DNA of 30,763 nt. It comes from a virus. Taxonomy: Duplodnaviria > Heunggongvirae > Uroviricota > Caudoviricetes. The number at the start of each line of letters is the position of its first letter. Positions within the stretch are counted from its first letter, which is position 1. The translations under genes were made by a program, and so were the position numbers. Shown piece after piece: positions 27,555 through 30,763 of the stretch. The stretch is from IMG/VR virus record IMGVR_UViG_2718218434_000001; one strand, 5' to 3'. The notes beneath the pieces were generated by a model. That model was not told the origin of the DNA. It ran no database searches and worked only from the letters and a program-made list of their open reading frames with translations.

Positions 27555-28145
27555 TTATATGTCAGGTGTCTGAAGTTTTGCTTTGGCTCTTAAAATGGTT
27601 TGCCGCGAGGTTTTGAATTCCCGGGCAATGGCACTTATACTTACACCTGACTTAATCCGTTCGAATACCACCTGTTTCTGTTCTTCATTTAACACAGGTG
27701 GTCGACCAAAACGTTTCCCTGCGCCCCGGGCTCTTACTATCCCGGAATGAGTGCGTTCAAGTAAAAGGTCTCGTTCAAATTCAGCGACTGCTGAAATTAC
27801 TTGCATCATCATTTTTCCTGTTGGACTGGTCAGGTCAATGCCCCCCAATGCTAAGCAATGCACTCTGATACCTGTTTCGGTCAGTTGTTCCACTGTTTTC
27901 CTGATATCCATTGCATTACAACCAAGGCGATCCAATTTTGTCACAATCAATTGATCACCACATTTCAGGCGAGCAAGCAACCGGTTAAAACCAGGACGCT
28001 CACTGGTTGCTGCTGAGCCGCTAATGTGTTCTTCGATTATTTGCTGAGGTTTGATTTTAAAACCTGCACTTTCGATTTCCCGGCGTTGATTTTCGGTGGT
28101 CTGATCCAGCGTTGATATCCGACAGTAAGCAAAAATTCGAGACAT
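27555..28145 (-). CDS. pinQ: Serine recombinase / DNA invertase family protein (PinQ/PinR-like, 196 aa)
   Basis: N-terminal catalytic motif YCRISTLDQ and C-terminal HTH; position next to ydfK as in Qin/Rac. Confidence 0.8.
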
Positions 28146-28460
28146 AGTGAGACTCTATACGAAATTGGTGTTCATATCATAATGCATCTCAGAAAATAAT
28201 TTTGATTATTTTTGTGCATATTTGTATGTACACGTTCGAAAATAAACGAATGCGTATGCAACCCCGTAATTTTGGTGAGACCCAAAATCGATTTTGTGAA
28301 AAATGGCTTTAACTCGGTTTGTTTTTCGAGTTCCAGGCGGACTCAAGGAAGAAGAATAGTGTTGCGTGTTATTTTAACCAGATTTCAAGTTGTTTGGTCG
28401 TGGAAAAGTGGAGCAAAATGTTGTTAAAGTGGAAAATGATAAAAAAGTAAGTTAATTATA

Positions 28461-28694
28461 TTACATTTTACCATTTAAATTTTGGTTGTCTTTAAGAACT
28501 GATATCGCTGTTTGTAATAATTCTTTGTTATCCAGCCATGATTTTTTCTTTATGTTTCCTTCAATGTAATCAAGCAATGTTCTGGTATTGATAGGTCTTC
28601 CCTGTTTTGCTACTTCCACTACAGCATCCCCTAGGATAATTCTTACTTCAGGAAGCTGCGCAGGGAACCACTTTAGGGTGTCTTTTGATTTCAT
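28461..28694 (-). CDS. ydfK: Cold-shock-induced small protein YdfK/YnaE family (77 aa)
   Basis: Translation from internal ATG MKSKDTLKWFPAQLPEVRIILGDAVVEVAKQGRPINTR... matches recalled YdfK/YnaE; AAGGA RBS. Confidence 0.75.
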   Translation of the reverse strand: MKSKDTLKWFPAQLPEVRIILGDAVVEVAKQGRPINTRTLLDYIEGNIKKKSWLDNKELLQTAISVLKDNQNLNGKM

Positions 28695-29479
28695 GAAGAT
28701 ATTCCTTAAAATATTATTGATTTTCATTGCGATATTGTATGTCTGATTCAGGATATGTTGACTTATACATCGGTTTTGTCTGGGTTATTGGATATGCCAA
28801 TCCCTAATTTTATTAGGGCATGACTAAAAATGCTGAATATGATAAGGAGAGAAGTGATTATCAGTATGCTGTTCATATAGCCTCGAATTAGTAATGTGTT
28901 ATATATGATATAGTTGACGATTTTTATCCTGGGTGTTCTTAAAGTTCGTAGATAAACATTGTCGTTTCAGGTATACAGGAATGCTAACAGGTGGCAGCAA
29001 AAATCAGGCGGTTTATGGCGCAAGCTGAAGCGGCAACTGCAAACTATCTTATGCAGAGACTCTACACGGATTGGGTTTAAAAGTATACATAGATAACAGT
29101 TTTTATCTGAAGAAGAAAAATATCAAGGTGATATAGCCTATATGCCTTTGATGCGGAGGAATGAATGTGATGGGAGTGATGTATCTGAATAGTTGAAAAA
29201 CCGCAGACACGCCTTATGCAAGAACGTGCTGCGGTTGGCTGGTAAATTTTTCGATAGTGTGTGTATTGAATGATTTCCAGCCGTTCTTGATTTTACGCAT
29301 AAATCCATGAAAAAACCACTTATCTGTTGGGGAGTTTTTTTGGGGCATATATGGGACAGAAATAGGCCCCAGATAGACACTGAGATCGAACTCAGGATGC
29401 TTTTTAAAAAATGCAACTATCTGAAAAAACCTAGAAAACGCCAAGGGAACCACAGGATGGGAAAAAACACCTGTGAATT

Positions 29480-30763
29480 ATGGATTTCCAGTTATATTCG
29501 CTCGGCGCAGCGTTAGTGTTTCATGAAATATTTTTTCCTGAATCATCAACGGCAATGGCGTTAATTTTGGCAATGGGAACCTACGGTGCAGGTTATGTGG
29601 CGCGTATTGTCGGAGCATTTATTTTCGGCAAAATGGGCGACAGAATAGGGCGTAAAAAAGTGCTCTTTATTACCATCACCATGATGGGGATCTGTACCAC
29701 CTTAATTGGTGTGTTACCGACCTATGCACAGATTGGTGTTTTTGCCCCCATCTTGCTGGTGACGCTGCGTATTATTCAGGGGTTGGATGCAGGTGCGGAA
29801 ATTTCCGGTGCCGGTACGATGCTGGCGGAATATGCACCAAAAGGTAAGCGCGGAATTATCTCCTCATTTGTAGCTATGGGAACTAACTGCGGAACCTTGA
29901 GCGCAACGGCAATCTGGGCCTTTATGTTCTTCATTCTCAGTAAAGAGGAACTGCTGGCGTGGGGATGGCGTATACCGTTCCTGGCGAGCGTTGTCGTGAT
30001 GGTCTTTGCTATCTGGTTACGTATGAATCTGAAAGAAAGCCCGGTCTTTGAGAAGGTTAATGACAGCAACCAACCCACAGCAAAACCTGCACCTGCTGGT
30101 AGCATGTTCCAGAGCAAATCCTTCTGGCTGGCAACAGGGCTGCGTTTTGGTCAGGCGGGTAACTCCGGGTTAATTCAGACTTTCCTTGCAGGCTATTTAG
30201 TGCAGACGTTATTGTTTAACAAAGCAATTCCAACAGATGCATTGATGATTAGTTCGATTCTCGGCTTTATGACCATTCCGTTCCTTGGTTGGTTATCCGA
30301 TAAAATTGGTCGCCGGATCCCGTATATTATTATGAATACCTCCGCGATTGTGCTGGCATGGCCAATGCTTTCTATCATTGTAGATAAAAGCTATGCCCCG
30401 AGCACCATTATGGTTGCACTGATTGTGATTCATAACTGTGCGGTGCTGGGATTATTTGCTCTGGAAAACATTACCATGGCAGAAATGTTCGGCTGTAAAA
30501 ACCGCTTTACCCGGATGGCTATTTCTAAAGAAATTGGTGGTCTTATCGCTTCCGGTTTTGGTCCTATCCTGGCGGGTATTTTCTGCACCATGACGGAATC
30601 CTGGTATCCGATCGCCATTATGATCATGGCATATTCAGTGATTGGTTTAATCTCTGCGCTGAAAATGCCAGAGGTGAAAGACCGTGATTTAAGTGCGCTG
30701 GAAGACGCTGCGGAAGATCAACCGCGTGTTGTAAGAGCTGCGCAACCTTCCAGAAGTCTGTAA
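29480..30763 (+). CDS. ydfJ: MFS transporter (metabolite:H+ symporter family, YdfJ-like), apparently lacking the N-terminal part of TM1
   Basis: 12-TM MFS-like sequence with GDRIGRK motif; ORF begins inside what should be TM1, consistent with prophage integration in the 5' end of the gene. Confidence 0.8.
   Translation: MDFQLYSLGAALVFHEIFFPESSTAMALILAMGTYGAGYVARIVGAFIFGKMGDRIGRKKVLFITITMMGICTTLIGVLPTYAQIGVFAPILLVTLRIIQGLDAGAEISGAGTMLAEYAPKGKRGIISSFVAMGTNCGTLSATAIWAFMFFILSKEELLAWGWRIPFLASVVVMVFAIWLRMNLKESPVFEKVNDSNQPTAKPAPAGSMFQSKSFWLATGLRFGQAGNSGLIQTFLAGYLVQTLLFNKAIPTDALMISSILGFMTIPFLGWLSDKIGRRIPYIIMNTSAIVLAWPMLSIIVDKSYAPSTIMVALIVIHNCAVLGLFALENITMAEMFGCKNRFTRMAISKEIGGLIASGFGPILAGIFCTMTESWYPIAIMIMAYSVIGLISALKMPEVKDRDLSALEDAAEDQPRVVRAAQPSRSL

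Noticed and set aside
28261-28290. Imperfect palindrome AATTTTGGTGAGACCCAAAATCG upstream of pin, considered as a Pin crossover (gix/hix-like) site
   Set aside because: I could not find a matching inverted partner site in or near the tail-fibre genes, so an invertible segment is not supported; may be a regulatory palindrome or chance.
29370-29405. Segment resembling the reverse complement of a tRNA T-arm (GAGATCGAACTCAGG), considered as a tRNA 3' fragment at the attachment site
   Set aside because: The T-loop would be 6 nt rather than 7, no acceptor stem or CCA context, and the integration target appears to be a protein-coding gene rather than a tRNA.
29138-29516. Three overlapping small ORFs (69-92 aa) in the spacer before the MFS gene
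   Set aside because: Mutually overlapping on both strands in an AT-rich boundary region, no RBS, no recognisable sequence; likely noncoding attR-proximal DNA.

Overview
Nearly the whole window (about 1 to 29,500) is one defective lambdoid prophage of the E. coli Qin/Rac (dicB-dicF) type; from 29,480 a host MFS transporter gene (ydfJ-like) begins, apparently lacking its N-terminus, which marks the right boundary. All protein and RNA identifications are from reading the translations and recalling known families; no database search was run. Left to right: integrase/excisionase and a DEDDh exonuclease (minus strand); the ydfD-dicB-dicF-ydfA division-inhibition operon under a DicA-like repressor with a divergent Cro-like gene; an O-like replication gene with internal iteron origin; a 595-aa orphan gene on the opposite strand; a stand-alone hok toxin; ydfU (DUF968) and a frameshifted antiterminator Q; a moron island (blc-like lipocalin, DUF523/DUF1722 protein, AraC-family regulator); a complete IS3 with 3-bp duplication inserted just upstream of the lysis cassette (pinholin, SAR endolysin, Rz/Rz1); cspI and gnsB; a cos-like site and Nu1-like small terminase fused directly to a lom fragment (head and tail genes deleted); a mosaic side tail fibre region; pin recombinase and ydfK. 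The best candidate for an undescribed system is the 595-aa orphan ORF (8818-10605), which carries a C-terminal R-x4-H motif reminiscent of HEPN RNases and sits in a typical defence-moron position. Secondary candidates are an uncharacterised convergent gene pair between holin and endolysin and a replaced tail-fibre tip cassette.
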